Below are positions 15,344 through 23,277 of a DNA stretch of 24,000 nucleotides, in pieces; position 1 is the stretch's first letter, and every line of letters starts with the position of its first letter. This DNA is from Marine Group I thaumarchaeote. Lineage in GTDB: Archaea > Thermoproteota > Nitrososphaeria > Nitrososphaerales > Nitrosopumilaceae. The stretch is from assembly GCA_013390375.1 (NCBI GenBank), contig JACATA010000001.1, forward strand, positions 50,211-74,210, in the 5' to 3' direction. A program made the position numbers and the translations under genes. The notes under the pieces were generated by a model that saw only the letters and a program-made list of their open reading frames with translations, searched no databases and was not told where the DNA came from.

Positions 15344-16708
15344 TCAGAACTTGCTTGGTAACAGTTCCGCAAGTTTTAGCGCCTTTCCCGTCTTTTTAGC
15401 CTCGGACATCTTTTTGAACATCTCGCGCTTTTCCTCCTCGGAATATTTTTTTTCGATTACCAAATGTACCAGCGGTCTTAGAATTTTTTCCACGGCGGAC
15501 ATGTCAGGATTATCAATTCCTTTGAGAAAAACCAAATTTCTTTTTTCCGGACCATACTCTAGCTCTTCGATTCTTTTTCTCAAGTCATCAATCTCGTGGT
15601 TTTTTGTCTCTAGCTGGTTGATCTCCTCTTGTTTTTGCTGATTCTCTAGACGCAACAGTTCTTCATTGGAAATGGTAAGGAACGGAATTGCCTTTTGATA
15701 TTCAGGAAACCTCTCAAAGTCTTCCTCCTGGTATCTTTCATAGTGTCTTTCCAAGCCAACCTTGTGACCCATCATGTCTTCCTTGTCGAGAAAGTTAACC
15801 TTGGCTCGTCTCATCATTGTGTTAAAGTATTTTCGAAAGCCGTGATCCAGTTGCACCTCATGTCTATTTTTTCCAGGCGGCAAGGGAGGTCTCAGTCCTA
15901 TCTCTGTCACTATCTTTTCAACTCTTTTCCTAACTCCCTTTGAGTTTAGTCTGTGAATCACGGGATACTTTACCGCCCTTATCAGCGGGTCGTCAGGCTT
16001 TGGGTATGCGCCAATGTCAGCCTTCCACTTTTCACGGTAGAGTTCCAGGGTACTAGATGCCTCTGGCGTGACAAACGTCCAGTAGCTTTCAGGATCTCCA
16101 CGGTACACAAGCAAGGAGCCTCCCCTGTAAGATCCGTCCTTGTTCTTGAATGGAATATAGTCCTTCCATGTAAAATAATTCCAGGAATCCAGCCTGAATC
16201 CTCCAGACGAAAATAGCTGTATGATCAGTTTGTCTGTAATGTCTGGTGCAACCTGCATCATTTTCTGAAGTTCCGTCTTTGTGTATGCCCTGTCGTTGGA
16301 CGAGGTTTCGCGTCTGGGTAGAAGCTTGTTTAACGATTTCCAGTGAACCGGTATGCGGTTGGCATCAAGCAAAACCTTGATTGGCTTGATGTGGTTTGGC
16401 AGCGTGTTGGCGCTGAGCTTTCCGGCATCCACCACCTTTTTCTCATTTTTTATAAACGTGGCAATCACGTTTGCCGCCAGTTCTGGATCCTTTTTGGATA
16501 ACTTGACAAAGATGTTGGCAAGGGTGGAAGGTTCCTTGTTCCTTGGAGCCTTTCCCAGATGATCCTTGTAGAGTTTTACCGGAACGATCTTGAGAAAGGA
16601 CTGCAGGTCTTTTTTGTACTTTCGCAGCGTCTCCTCACTCTTGATTGAATCCAGGAACAGCTGGTATGGGACGCTGCGTTCGTTTATCTGGTCAATTGTG
16701 ATTTTCAA
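15344..16708 (-). CDS. Tyrosine recombinase / phage-type integrase with a long C-terminal coiled-coil extension
   Basis: The catalytic pattern is recognisable: SSGGFRLDS (Arg), LDHGFRKYF (H-x-x-R), MMGHKVG (His) and ERHYERY (Tyr, around residue 323-326). The start is TTG at 16708. An in-frame TAA lies 30 nt upstream with no ATG between. A TATA-like TAAAATAG lies about 30 nt upstream. Confidence 0.85.
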   Translation of the reverse strand: MKITIDQINERSVPYQLFLDSIKSEETLRKYKKDLQSFLKIVPVKLYKDHLGKAPRNKEPSTLANIFVKLSKKDPELAANVIATFIKNEKKVVDAGKLSANTLPNHIKPIKVLLDANRIPVHWKSLNKLLPRRETSSNDRAYTKTELQKMMQVAPDITDKLIIQLFSSGGFRLDSWNYFTWKDYIPFKNKDGSYRGGSLLVYRGDPESYWTFVTPEASSTLELYREKWKADIGAYPKPDDPLIRAVKYPVIHRLNSKGVRKRVEKIVTEIGLRPPLPPGKNRHEVQLDHGFRKYFNTMMRRAKVNFLDKEDMMGHKVGLERHYERYQEEDFERFPEYQKAIPFLTISNEELLRLENQQKQEEINQLETKNHEIDDLRKRIEELEYGPEKRNLVFLKGIDNPDMSAVEKILRPLVHLVIEKKYSEEEKREMFKKMSEAKKTGKALKLAELLPSKF

Positions 16709-16750
16709 CTGAAATTTGTTCGTGTTGGAACTATTTTAGTCCCATCAAAG

Positions 16751-16768
16751 GGGATGGGTCCACAGGGA
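16751..16768. repeat. Proximal att direct repeat overlapping the tRNA-Val 3' end
   Basis: It covers the 3' half of the T-arm and the 3' acceptor strand of the tRNA, and pairs with 15219..15236. Confidence 0.85.
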
Positions 16769-16829
16769 TTTGAACCCTGGATTTTCGCCGTGTAAGGGCG
16801 ACGTCATAACCGACCTGGACCATGGACCC
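16755..16829 (-). tRNA. tRNA-Val (anticodon TAC)
   Basis: Hand-folded, 75 nt. The acceptor stem GGGTCCA/TGGACCC is perfect, the anticodon stem is TCGCC/GGCGA with loop CTTACAC, and the T-arm is CAGGG-TTCAAAT-CCCTG. The discriminator is A and CCA is not encoded. A TATA box, TTTAAATG (16852..16859), starts at -30. Confidence 0.9.
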
Positions 16830-16959
16830 AGCAAATTTCCTCGTTGAAAACCATTTAAACTTTGAGAAGTTATTTTTTGATTAGAACTGGTAGCAAGTCA
16901 GCATAAAAAATAACAAAATCAAACTAACGAATAATAGTGCAAGTTTTTCTTATCAAATA

Positions 16960-18375
16960 ATGAATTCAGTAGTAATTGCAAAATTTGGCGGAAGTGCAAT
17001 TGGGGTTGATGGAATATCCATACCGATAATAATTCAAAGGATCAACTCTCTAAGTAAGGATGCCAAAGTGGTAGCTGTTTTTTCAGCTCCCTTAACTGTT
17101 GTAGAAGGAAAACCTACATCGTTAACGGATGTTGCGCTAGAGCTTGGAAAAAGAGCTGAAGAGGGAAAGACGTCTGATTTAATTATTTTAAGAAAAACAT
17201 ATGAAAAAATATTGGAACTAGTGAGTTCGGAATTTCAAGACAAGTGTAGAATGATAATTGATGATGATTTGGATAAAGTTAGGATTGAATTAGAAAAAGC
17301 CATGGAAAAAAAGGAATTTTCTGATGAAACTCGTTCTAAAACTTTAGCATATTCTGGCGAAATTTTAATGTCATATGTAATGGATTACATCTTAAAGAGT
17401 CAGGGAATTAAATCAGAAGCTGTAAAATTAGAAAATTGGCCGATAATAACTGATAGCAATATTGAATCTACAAACTTTATCGCCTCAGAATCCAATAAAA
17501 GAGTTGAACATCTTGAAAAATTACTTGAGCAAAACCAAGTAATTACAATTGGAGGTTTTATTGGTCGAACTGCAGATGGAATTATAACAACATTTGAGAG
17601 GGGAGGCTCTGACAGAACAGCTGCAGACTTGGGAATTTTGCTGCATAAGAAGTTTGACGTAAAAATTGATTTGGAAAAGGATAGTTCTGTTGTTTCTGCG
17701 GATCCTAGAATTGTAAAAGAAGGACTGACTGAAGTACACAGTATTTCATATAACGAGGCAAGATTGGCTGGAATGTTTGGAATGAATATACTAGACCCTG
17801 TTGCCATTAAAGAAATTTTAGAAAATGGTGCTTCTCTGCCGATTGTTATCACAGATATGAGAAATCCTGAAAAAACTACAACAGTTGAAAGAAAAATAAC
17901 TAATAGGGATGGTCATCCGATTAAAATCATTACTGGAAAAAAGAATTGCGCAATTTTAAGAATAGAGGATGAGTTTGTACACAAATTATTAGAGTCACTT
18001 GAAAATAAAAAAAGATACAGTGAGTTTGTAATACTTTCACCATTTTCTAAAGATGGAATAAAATTTTCAAGAATATTGTTCCTCGATGGTGATTATGTTA
18101 AAAGAAATGAAAAATATGTTTTAGGATTTGATCCACTTGCAACTATCACCTATAATAGAGGTGTAATAACATTGATTGGCGACGAAATGTGGAGAGTTCA
18201 ACAAATTGTTTCAAAAACTAGCGCAAAGATAGGTGAATCTGGACTAAACATACTGAATATAGATGCACAAGAAGAGACTTCAAGAATTATAGTTGTAGTA
18301 GAAGATTCTGGGAATAATATTGAAAAAGCAATCAGTGCAATTCATGAAGAACGCTCTAATATCAAATTCATTTAG
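16960..18375 (+). CDS. lysC: Aspartate kinase
   Basis: The N-terminal amino-acid-kinase signature VVIAKFGGSA is present, a GGSDRTAA-type nucleotide site follows, and the C-terminal ~130 aa resemble paired ACT regulatory domains. The protein is 471 aa. Confidence 0.8.
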   Translation: MNSVVIAKFGGSAIGVDGISIPIIIQRINSLSKDAKVVAVFSAPLTVVEGKPTSLTDVALELGKRAEEGKTSDLIILRKTYEKILELVSSEFQDKCRMIIDDDLDKVRIELEKAMEKKEFSDETRSKTLAYSGEILMSYVMDYILKSQGIKSEAVKLENWPIITDSNIESTNFIASESNKRVEHLEKLLEQNQVITIGGFIGRTADGIITTFERGGSDRTAADLGILLHKKFDVKIDLEKDSSVVSADPRIVKEGLTEVHSISYNEARLAGMFGMNILDPVAIKEILENGASLPIVITDMRNPEKTTTVERKITNRDGHPIKIITGKKNCAILRIEDEFVHKLLESLENKKRYSEFVILSPFSKDGIKFSRILFLDGDYVKRNEKYVLGFDPLATITYNRGVITLIGDEMWRVQQIVSKTSAKIGESGLNILNIDAQEETSRIIVVVEDSGNNIEKAISAIHEERSNIKFI

Positions 18376-18413
18376 GCATAATTATTTAAATTACCAAAAT
18401 TGGATCAACCCGT

Positions 18414-19325
18414 ATGAAAGAAGTAGGAAAGATTTGGATGAATGGAAAATTAGTTCCATTCAAGAATGCAAAAGTACATGTCCTTACTCATGCCTTGCAT
18501 TATTCTACTGCTGTCTTTGAGGGAATAAGATGCTATAACACTCCTAACGGTTCTGCAATTTTTCGGCTACCAGAACATGTTGACAGATTTTTCAATTCCG
18601 CCAAATTATACGGCATGAAGATTCGTTATACAAAAAAACAAATCATAGATGCTATAATTAAAACAGTAAAAGCCAGTGGTTTGAAAGAATGTTACATTAG
18701 GCCAATTGCTTACTATGGATATGGAACTATGGGGCTTACACCTACATTAAACAAAGTTGATGTGTCTATTGCATGTTTGGAAATGATAGGTGAACCAAAA
18801 GCCGGTAAATTTTCTGGGGCTAAATGCAAGATTTCAAAATGGATTAGAATTGATTCCAAATCTCAACCTATGCAATCGAAATCTGCTGCAAATTACTCAA
18901 ATGCAGCTTTAGCTCGTGTTGAAGCACTCAAAAGCGGATATGATGAGGCAATCATGCTCAATTCAAGTGGAAAAGTTGCAGAGGGGAGCGCTGAAAATAT
19001 CTTCATCATAAAAAATGGAATAATTAAAACACCTCCGTTGAATGCAGACATCTTAAACGGAATTACAAGAGATAGCATAATTCGATTGATAAAGTCTAAC
19101 GGAATTAAATTAATTGAAAAAAATCTAACAGTAAAAGAATTGTTAAAGGCTGATGAGGTTTTCATGACTGGCACTGCAGCAGAAGTAAAATCTGTAGCAA
19201 AAATCAATAAAACAACTATTGGAAATGGTAAGATAGGAAATATTACAAAGACACTACAGAAATCGTTTATGGATGTTACAATGGGTAAAGAACAGAAATT
19301 TGCTTTCTGGCTACGTTACATCTAA
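18414..19325 (+). CDS. ilvE: Branched-chain amino-acid aminotransferase
   Basis: WMNGKLVPFKNAKVHVLTHALHYSTAVFEGIRCY, YIRP.AYYG and the EGSAENIF and LNGITR strings are typical of fold-type IV aminotransferases. Confidence 0.9.
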   Translation: MKEVGKIWMNGKLVPFKNAKVHVLTHALHYSTAVFEGIRCYNTPNGSAIFRLPEHVDRFFNSAKLYGMKIRYTKKQIIDAIIKTVKASGLKECYIRPIAYYGYGTMGLTPTLNKVDVSIACLEMIGEPKAGKFSGAKCKISKWIRIDSKSQPMQSKSAANYSNAALARVEALKSGYDEAIMLNSSGKVAEGSAENIFIIKNGIIKTPPLNADILNGITRDSIIRLIKSNGIKLIEKNLTVKELLKADEVFMTGTAAEVKSVAKINKTTIGNGKIGNITKTLQKSFMDVTMGKEQKFAFWLRYI

Positions 19326-19348
19326 GTTTTTTACTAAATCAATTTAGT
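19326..19348 (+). terminator. Oligo-T tract plus short hairpin after ilvE
   Basis: A T6 run at 19327..19332 lies immediately after the TAA. It is followed by the palindrome ACTAAAT-CA-ATTTAGT (19333..19348). Archaeal termination commonly uses oligo-T tracts. Confidence 0.35.
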
Positions 19349-19355
19349 GGTATTT

Positions 19356-19520
19356 ATGGAATCACACTCGTTAAATGATTCAAGGCAGGAAATTTGCTGG
19401 TTTTGTAAAAAGGGAAGACATTCAGAATGTATGAAGCGGATACCAATCAATGTGAAAACTGATGGAACACATGATTGCTCATTTGACACAGAGATGATTC
19501 CTTGTACATGTACACATTAG
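19356..19520 (+). CDS. Possible 54-aa Cys-rich (zinc-finger-like) small protein
   Basis: Below the ORF-track cut-off. Hand translation gives MESHSLNDSRQEICWFCKKGRHSECMKRIPINVKTDGTHDCSFDTEMIPCTCTH*. It contains a CxxC followed by further Cys and His residues. Confidence 0.4.
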   Translation: MESHSLNDSRQEICWFCKKGRHSECMKRIPINVKTDGTHDCSFDTEMIPCTCTH

Positions 19521-19531
19521 CATTTAAAGGA

Positions 19532-19605
19532 CGGGTCTAGTGGGATTCGAACCCACGACAGCTGGCTTAAAAGGCCAGTGCGCTACCTGGCTGCGCTATA
19601 GACCC
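19532..19605 (-). tRNA. tRNA-Lys (anticodon TTT)
   Basis: Hand-folded, 74 nt, with all four stems perfectly paired: acceptor GGGTCTA/TAGACCC, D-stem GCGC/GCGC, anticodon stem CTGGC/GCCAG with loop CTTTTAA, and T-stem GTGGG/CCCAC with loop TTCGAAT. A TATA-like AAATTATA (19626..19633) starts at about -28. Confidence 0.92.
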
Positions 19606-19697
19606 CGAGCAAGATACCCAAACTGTATAATTTAGTCTTTACAGATTTTATTAAAAGCTGGAAACTTTAAAATTGAAAGATTTTGTCGGATAATTGA

Positions 19698-19775
19698 GCC
19701 CTTGTAGTATAGCCCGGTCTAGAATTCGGCCCTGTCACGGCTGAGACGCGTGTTCAAATCCCGCCGAGGGCGCCA
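19698..19775 (+). tRNA. tRNA-Asp (anticodon GTC), with encoded CCA
   Basis: The acceptor stem is GCCCTTG/CGAGGGC (one G-U pair) and the anticodon stem is CGGCC/GGCTG with loop CTGTCAC. The T-loop is TTCAAAT, the discriminator is G, and CCA follows. The D-stem and the T-stem each contain one non-Watson-Crick pair in my fold. A TATA-like TTTAAAAT (19666..19673) starts at about -32. Confidence 0.75.
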
Positions 19776-20588
19776 TTATTTTATCAACGAAAAAACTTCA
19801 TCTAAAATCTCTTTGTTTGCGGCAGCAACAAAAGATAAGCGTATTTCATTGTTGAGATCGGAATCAAGCGGCTGCAAGTTTTCATCTAACATCAAACCTC
19901 CTGCTTCTTTTACCAAAAGATAACCAGCAGCCATATCCTGAATTCTAATTTTTTTTCTCAAATCAATAAAAACATCAATCAATCCTTGCGCAAGGAAAGC
20001 CATCTCCAGTGCATTTGCCCCAAAATGTCTGGTATGATTATGCTTTTCAAAAATTGGAGCAAGCCTACTCATTAATTCCGGTGATGAGCCGGAACTGTTA
20101 ATTCCAACTACTTTGTAAATTGGCTTTTCTTTGTAGACAGAAATTGATTTGTCATTTAGAAAGGCGCCCTTTCCTTTTGAGGCCCAATAAACATCCCCAG
20201 TTGAAAGATTGGTAATCGCAGCGTCTGTAATAGAACTTAGTTTTTCGTCTGCCGCAAATGCAAGCGAGCAACAAAAAAATTGTATCCCCCTCACAGCGTT
20301 TGTAGTTCCGTCTATCGCGTCCATTATCACAAAACCCTTTGGATTTGGTGATAATTCAACTCTGCCGCACTCTTCGCCAAGCACTACACAATCAAAATTT
20401 ATTTCCTTTAGGTAATCAATCACTGTCTTTTCTGCAACAATGTCAATATTTCTTGAAATATCTCCACCTGCACCTCTCCCAAAATCTCCAGACACTGCTT
20501 CTTTAGTACCAGCTAGATCTTTGACATTTTCATAAACAAGTTTTGAAACAGTGCGAAGAATTTCAATTGTATCCATAGATGATTTCAA
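19776..20588 (-). CDS. suhB: Inositol-monophosphatase / FBPase-family (SuhB-like) phosphatase
   Basis: The metal-site motifs are present: VLGEECG, MDAIDGTTNAVRG (DPxDGT-type) and a WASKGKGAFLN-type block. The track start is TTG 20588, and the ATG at 20576 (MDTIEIL..) is more likely. The stop abuts the tRNA-Asp 3' end. Confidence 0.85.
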   Translation of the reverse strand: MKSSMDTIEILRTVSKLVYENVKDLAGTKEAVSGDFGRGAGGDISRNIDIVAEKTVIDYLKEINFDCVVLGEECGRVELSPNPKGFVIMDAIDGTTNAVRGIQFFCCSLAFAADEKLSSITDAAITNLSTGDVYWASKGKGAFLNDKSISVYKEKPIYKVVGINSSGSSPELMSRLAPIFEKHNHTRHFGANALEMAFLAQGLIDVFIDLRKKIRIQDMAAGYLLVKEAGGLMLDENLQPLDSDLNNEIRLSFVAAANKEILDEVFSLIK

Positions 20589-20622
20589 ACAGAAGATAAT
20601 TTAAATGAAAATTTTTTAAGGC

Positions 20623-20630
20623 ATAAATAC
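20623..20630 (+). promoter_or_regulatory. TATA box for the 20651 gene, same motif and spacing as ureA
   Basis: AAGGCATAAATACCA here compares with AAGGATAAATACCA upstream of ureA. The box starts 28 nt before the GTG at 20651, which supports that GTG as a leaderless start. Confidence 0.45.
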
Positions 20631-20650
20631 CAATTTGGAAATGTCATTCT

Positions 20651-21769
20651 GTGAGTGGCAAGGATGAATCTGTTACCAGTAAGAGTTCCCTAATGGGAAC
20701 AAAATCTGGAAAGAAGATAATCAAACAGGGCTTATTCAAGTCTAAAGGGTATAGGCAATTTAATCAATACAAGGAGGAGTATGAAACAAAGTTTCCAGAA
20801 TTTGCCAAACGATTCACAAATCAGCTGTTAGAACAAATTAAAGCTGATTCTTCGCCTAACGTCACACAACAGAAATTTGGAGAGGAAGTAGGTTCAACTG
20901 ATATTATTTTAGAATCATCACAAATTGATCCAATCAAGTCAAAACTGGAAAACGTTGATGTACTTAATGATAGAGTTTTGAGAATTCTAAACTCTAATTT
21001 TGTAAAAATGACTTTTCCTGTTTTCAACGCGTTGTTTGATGCTTCAACAGAATATTTTCACGATAACAAAGACCCAAAACTCAGAGAAGATATTGTTGAT
21101 GGACATATCATCGCAATTGATCTCAGCGAACCTATGGACAGAATTGTTGACAGAGACGAGGATCTGGATTATCTTGACGATTATAAGTTAATGAATCCAT
21201 ACATCCTAAAGTTAGCTCGAGACAAAATTGCAAAAGGTGGAGAAGAAGTTTTAAAACAATTTGAAAATGGATTCAAGGATGCTAGGGTTGGCCAATACCT
21301 TGATACTAAATTAAAACAAAATCCCACTGCAATTACCGAAAAAGAACTTGATGAAAGCTACAAAAAATATCGTTCTGTTATGGGCACAGCTGGTTCCAAT
21401 ATGGCACTTTCAAGAGAACCACTTGGAGAAGTATTTCAAATAGGAATGGGAAAGGCTTCAGAGTCAGTTGGGTGTGGAAATGAGATTGAGGATTCAATTC
21501 GAGACAAGGCTGTAAAAATTCCATCATGGCCATTGTATTACAGTTTGTCAACAAATGATGTTCGAAAGGGCTTTGAACTGACTATGGAAAGAAGTGAAAT
21601 GTATCTAAATGATGCAAGAAAAGCACTTGAGCGTTTGCCTGAAAACTTCTCTCATAGAGCATTTTTAGAATTTTTATTTTTGACAGTTGAACATTATAGC
21701 GAGTTTTGGTACAAGAGATTACAAAAGGAAAACATCTGGTCAGATCTTACGTCCAAACTGCCAAAGTGA
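20651..21769 (+). CDS. Acidic hypothetical protein (372 aa) upstream of rfcL
   Basis: A long open frame with coding-like composition and a promoter-consistent GTG start. It ends 6 nt before rfcL. I did not confidently recognise a family. Confidence 0.6.
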   Translation: MSGKDESVTSKSSLMGTKSGKKIIKQGLFKSKGYRQFNQYKEEYETKFPEFAKRFTNQLLEQIKADSSPNVTQQKFGEEVGSTDIILESSQIDPIKSKLENVDVLNDRVLRILNSNFVKMTFPVFNALFDASTEYFHDNKDPKLREDIVDGHIIAIDLSEPMDRIVDRDEDLDYLDDYKLMNPYILKLARDKIAKGGEEVLKQFENGFKDARVGQYLDTKLKQNPTAITEKELDESYKKYRSVMGTAGSNMALSREPLGEVFQIGMGKASESVGCGNEIEDSIRDKAVKIPSWPLYYSLSTNDVRKGFELTMERSEMYLNDARKALERLPENFSHRAFLEFLFLTVEHYSEFWYKRLQKENIWSDLTSKLPK

Positions 21770-21775
21770 TTTTTA

Positions 21776-22936
21776 ATGATGTGGTCAGAAAAATATCGCC
21801 CAAAAAATTTTCTTGATTTAATTGGTAATGAGGAATCTAGAAAATTATTTGTAGAATGGTTTACAAATTGGAAAAAGGGCACAAGACCAATTCTTCTAGT
21901 TGGTCCACCAGGTATTGGCAAAACAACACTAGCTAATCTTGCTGCAAAACAATTTGGTTACGATCTTATCAGTCTTAATGCAAGCGATGTAAGAAACAAA
22001 AAAAACATTCATGAAATTCTAAGCCCTGTTTTGGGAAATCAGACTGTTTTAGGGACTCCAATGATTTTTATCGATGAGGTAGATGGAGTACATGGAAGGG
22101 CAGATTATGGCGGTACTGAAGCTATAATCAAGATTTTGAAGGAACCTACTGTACCAATAGTTCTTGCAGCAAATACAGATTCGTCAGACAAAATGAAAAG
22201 TATCAAAAAAGTTGTGAAAACAATAGAGATGAAACCATTATCGCCAAAACTATTGCGACTTTGTCTGAATAGAATATTGCAACTTGAGGGAGTAAAAATT
22301 GACTCAGATTCTTTAGCTAAACTTGTTACAAAATCAAGAGGTGATATACGCTCTATGATTAATTTTACACAAGCAAGAGCTACTGGGTTTGATCCTCCTA
22401 CTGAAAAGTCCTTTGAGTCATTGGATATTGAAGAGGGGATTAATGCGTTTTACAAAGCAAACTCAACTGTTGAGGCGAGATCCATTTTGTATTCTCTCAG
22501 AATAGATCCAAGAGAAAAAATTAACGCCTTTTATTCTAGTATTATAACAAGCAAGATTTCTGCGGATGATATGCAAAAATTTTTGCAGGTAATTTCTGAA
22601 GCTGATATGCTATATGGAAAAATTATGAAAACACAACAATGGCGTCTATTACGGTATCTAGACGCTATACTTTTGGGATTGTATAAAAAAGATATTCTCA
22701 TTCGTTATTCCAAGTATAATCTTTCATGGCCACTTCTTAACAGACTCAGGTGGGATGGTACAAAAATAAAGTCCATTATTGGCTCTCTGGCAAAAACCAT
22801 GCATGTTTCAAAAAGTACTTTTTCAACTCTTTATTTTCCATACTTACTGTACTGTATTAAAAATAAAAAAATAGATTTGGAATTTGACGAATCATTAGAA
22901 GAGATTGTGCAAAAGGAGGTTGCTTTAATAAAATGA
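21776..22936 (+). CDS. rfcL: Replication factor C large subunit
   Basis: WSEKYRPKNFLDLIGNE, the Walker A motif LLVGPPGIGKTT, the Walker B motif IFIDEVD and the sensor-type SRGDIRS are typical of the archaeal clamp-loader large subunit. Confidence 0.85.
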   Translation: MMWSEKYRPKNFLDLIGNEESRKLFVEWFTNWKKGTRPILLVGPPGIGKTTLANLAAKQFGYDLISLNASDVRNKKNIHEILSPVLGNQTVLGTPMIFIDEVDGVHGRADYGGTEAIIKILKEPTVPIVLAANTDSSDKMKSIKKVVKTIEMKPLSPKLLRLCLNRILQLEGVKIDSDSLAKLVTKSRGDIRSMINFTQARATGFDPPTEKSFESLDIEEGINAFYKANSTVEARSILYSLRIDPREKINAFYSSIITSKISADDMQKFLQVISEADMLYGKIMKTQQWRLLRYLDAILLGLYKKDILIRYSKYNLSWPLLNRLRWDGTKIKSIIGSLAKTMHVSKSTFSTLYFPYLLYCIKNKKIDLEFDESLEEIVQKEVALIK

Positions 22937-23253
22937 GCTGGATAAAAATGCCACTCAAATATGATGGCAAATGCGTTGTCTGTAATCTGACGGTTAAGAA
23001 AAACGAGGTTGGATTTTGGTCTAGGGGCATTGGAGTTAAACATGAAAAATGTGCAGAAAAAAATATAGATCTTAAATGTATTATTTGCGATGGATCAGTA
23101 GGATGCCCAAGTTGTGAATTTATTGAAGATTGTAATCCCCAAGCTGTATCTCCACTGTGTATATGTAAAAAATGTGAACAATTAGAAGATCCTTTTGTTT
23201 CATACAAAAAGGCAGTTATTGAAAAATTTCCTATACTAAATATTAAAATTTAA
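22933..23253 (+). CDS. Cys-rich protein with four CxxC pairs (two predicted zinc ribbons)
   Basis: The four pairs are CVVC, CIIC, CPSC and CKKC, with extra Cys and His residues. Its ATG overlaps the rfcL TGA (ATGA at 22933..22936), which indicates translational coupling. Confidence 0.55.
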   Translation: MSWIKMPLKYDGKCVVCNLTVKKNEVGFWSRGIGVKHEKCAEKNIDLKCIICDGSVGCPSCEFIEDCNPQAVSPLCICKKCEQLEDPFVSYKKAVIEKFPILNIKI

Positions 23254-23277
23254 GGAATATGACAGAATTTTATTACA

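Larger units (their letters stand above)
15219..16768 (-). mobile_element. Minimal integrated element (~1.5 kb) in the 3' end of tRNA-Val, encoding only a tyrosine integrase
   Basis: Direct repeats lie at both ends. A 10-bp inverted pair lies just inside them: CTTTGATGGG at 15245..15254 and CCCATCAAAG at 16741..16750. Integrase is the only ORF. Spot counts on 60-nt lines give 47-53% G+C here, against 28% on a line in a neighbouring orphan ORF (7681..7740). Confidence 0.75.

Noticed and set aside
19698-19775. tRNA-Asp as a possible pseudogene because the D-stem and T-stem each have a mismatch in my hand fold
   Set aside because: The acceptor stem, the anticodon arm, the T-loop, the discriminator, the encoded CCA and an upstream TATA box are all intact. 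Single non-canonical pairs are tolerated, and my fold may not be optimal. A covariance-model scan should settle it.
20651-21769. Weak resemblance of the 372-aa protein to trans-polyprenyl synthases (LGEVFQIG.. versus the G..FQ..DD..D region, and an acidic DRDEDLDYLDD patch)
   Set aside because: The second Asp-rich motif is absent. The spacing between the two regions (~95 aa) does not match the family. The acidic patch is low-complexity. This is not enough to call.
14762-23207. Remaining overlapping track ORFs (14762..15070, 15351..16562 group, 17400..17852, 17521..17739, 18320..18520, 18893..19207, 20209..20415, 20821..21027, 21694..21921, 22831..23207 group)
   Set aside because: Each lies inside or antisense to a better-supported gene (cysC, integrase, aspartate kinase, ilvE, IMPase, the hypothetical protein, rfcL, the Cys-rich protein) and has no recognisable domain.
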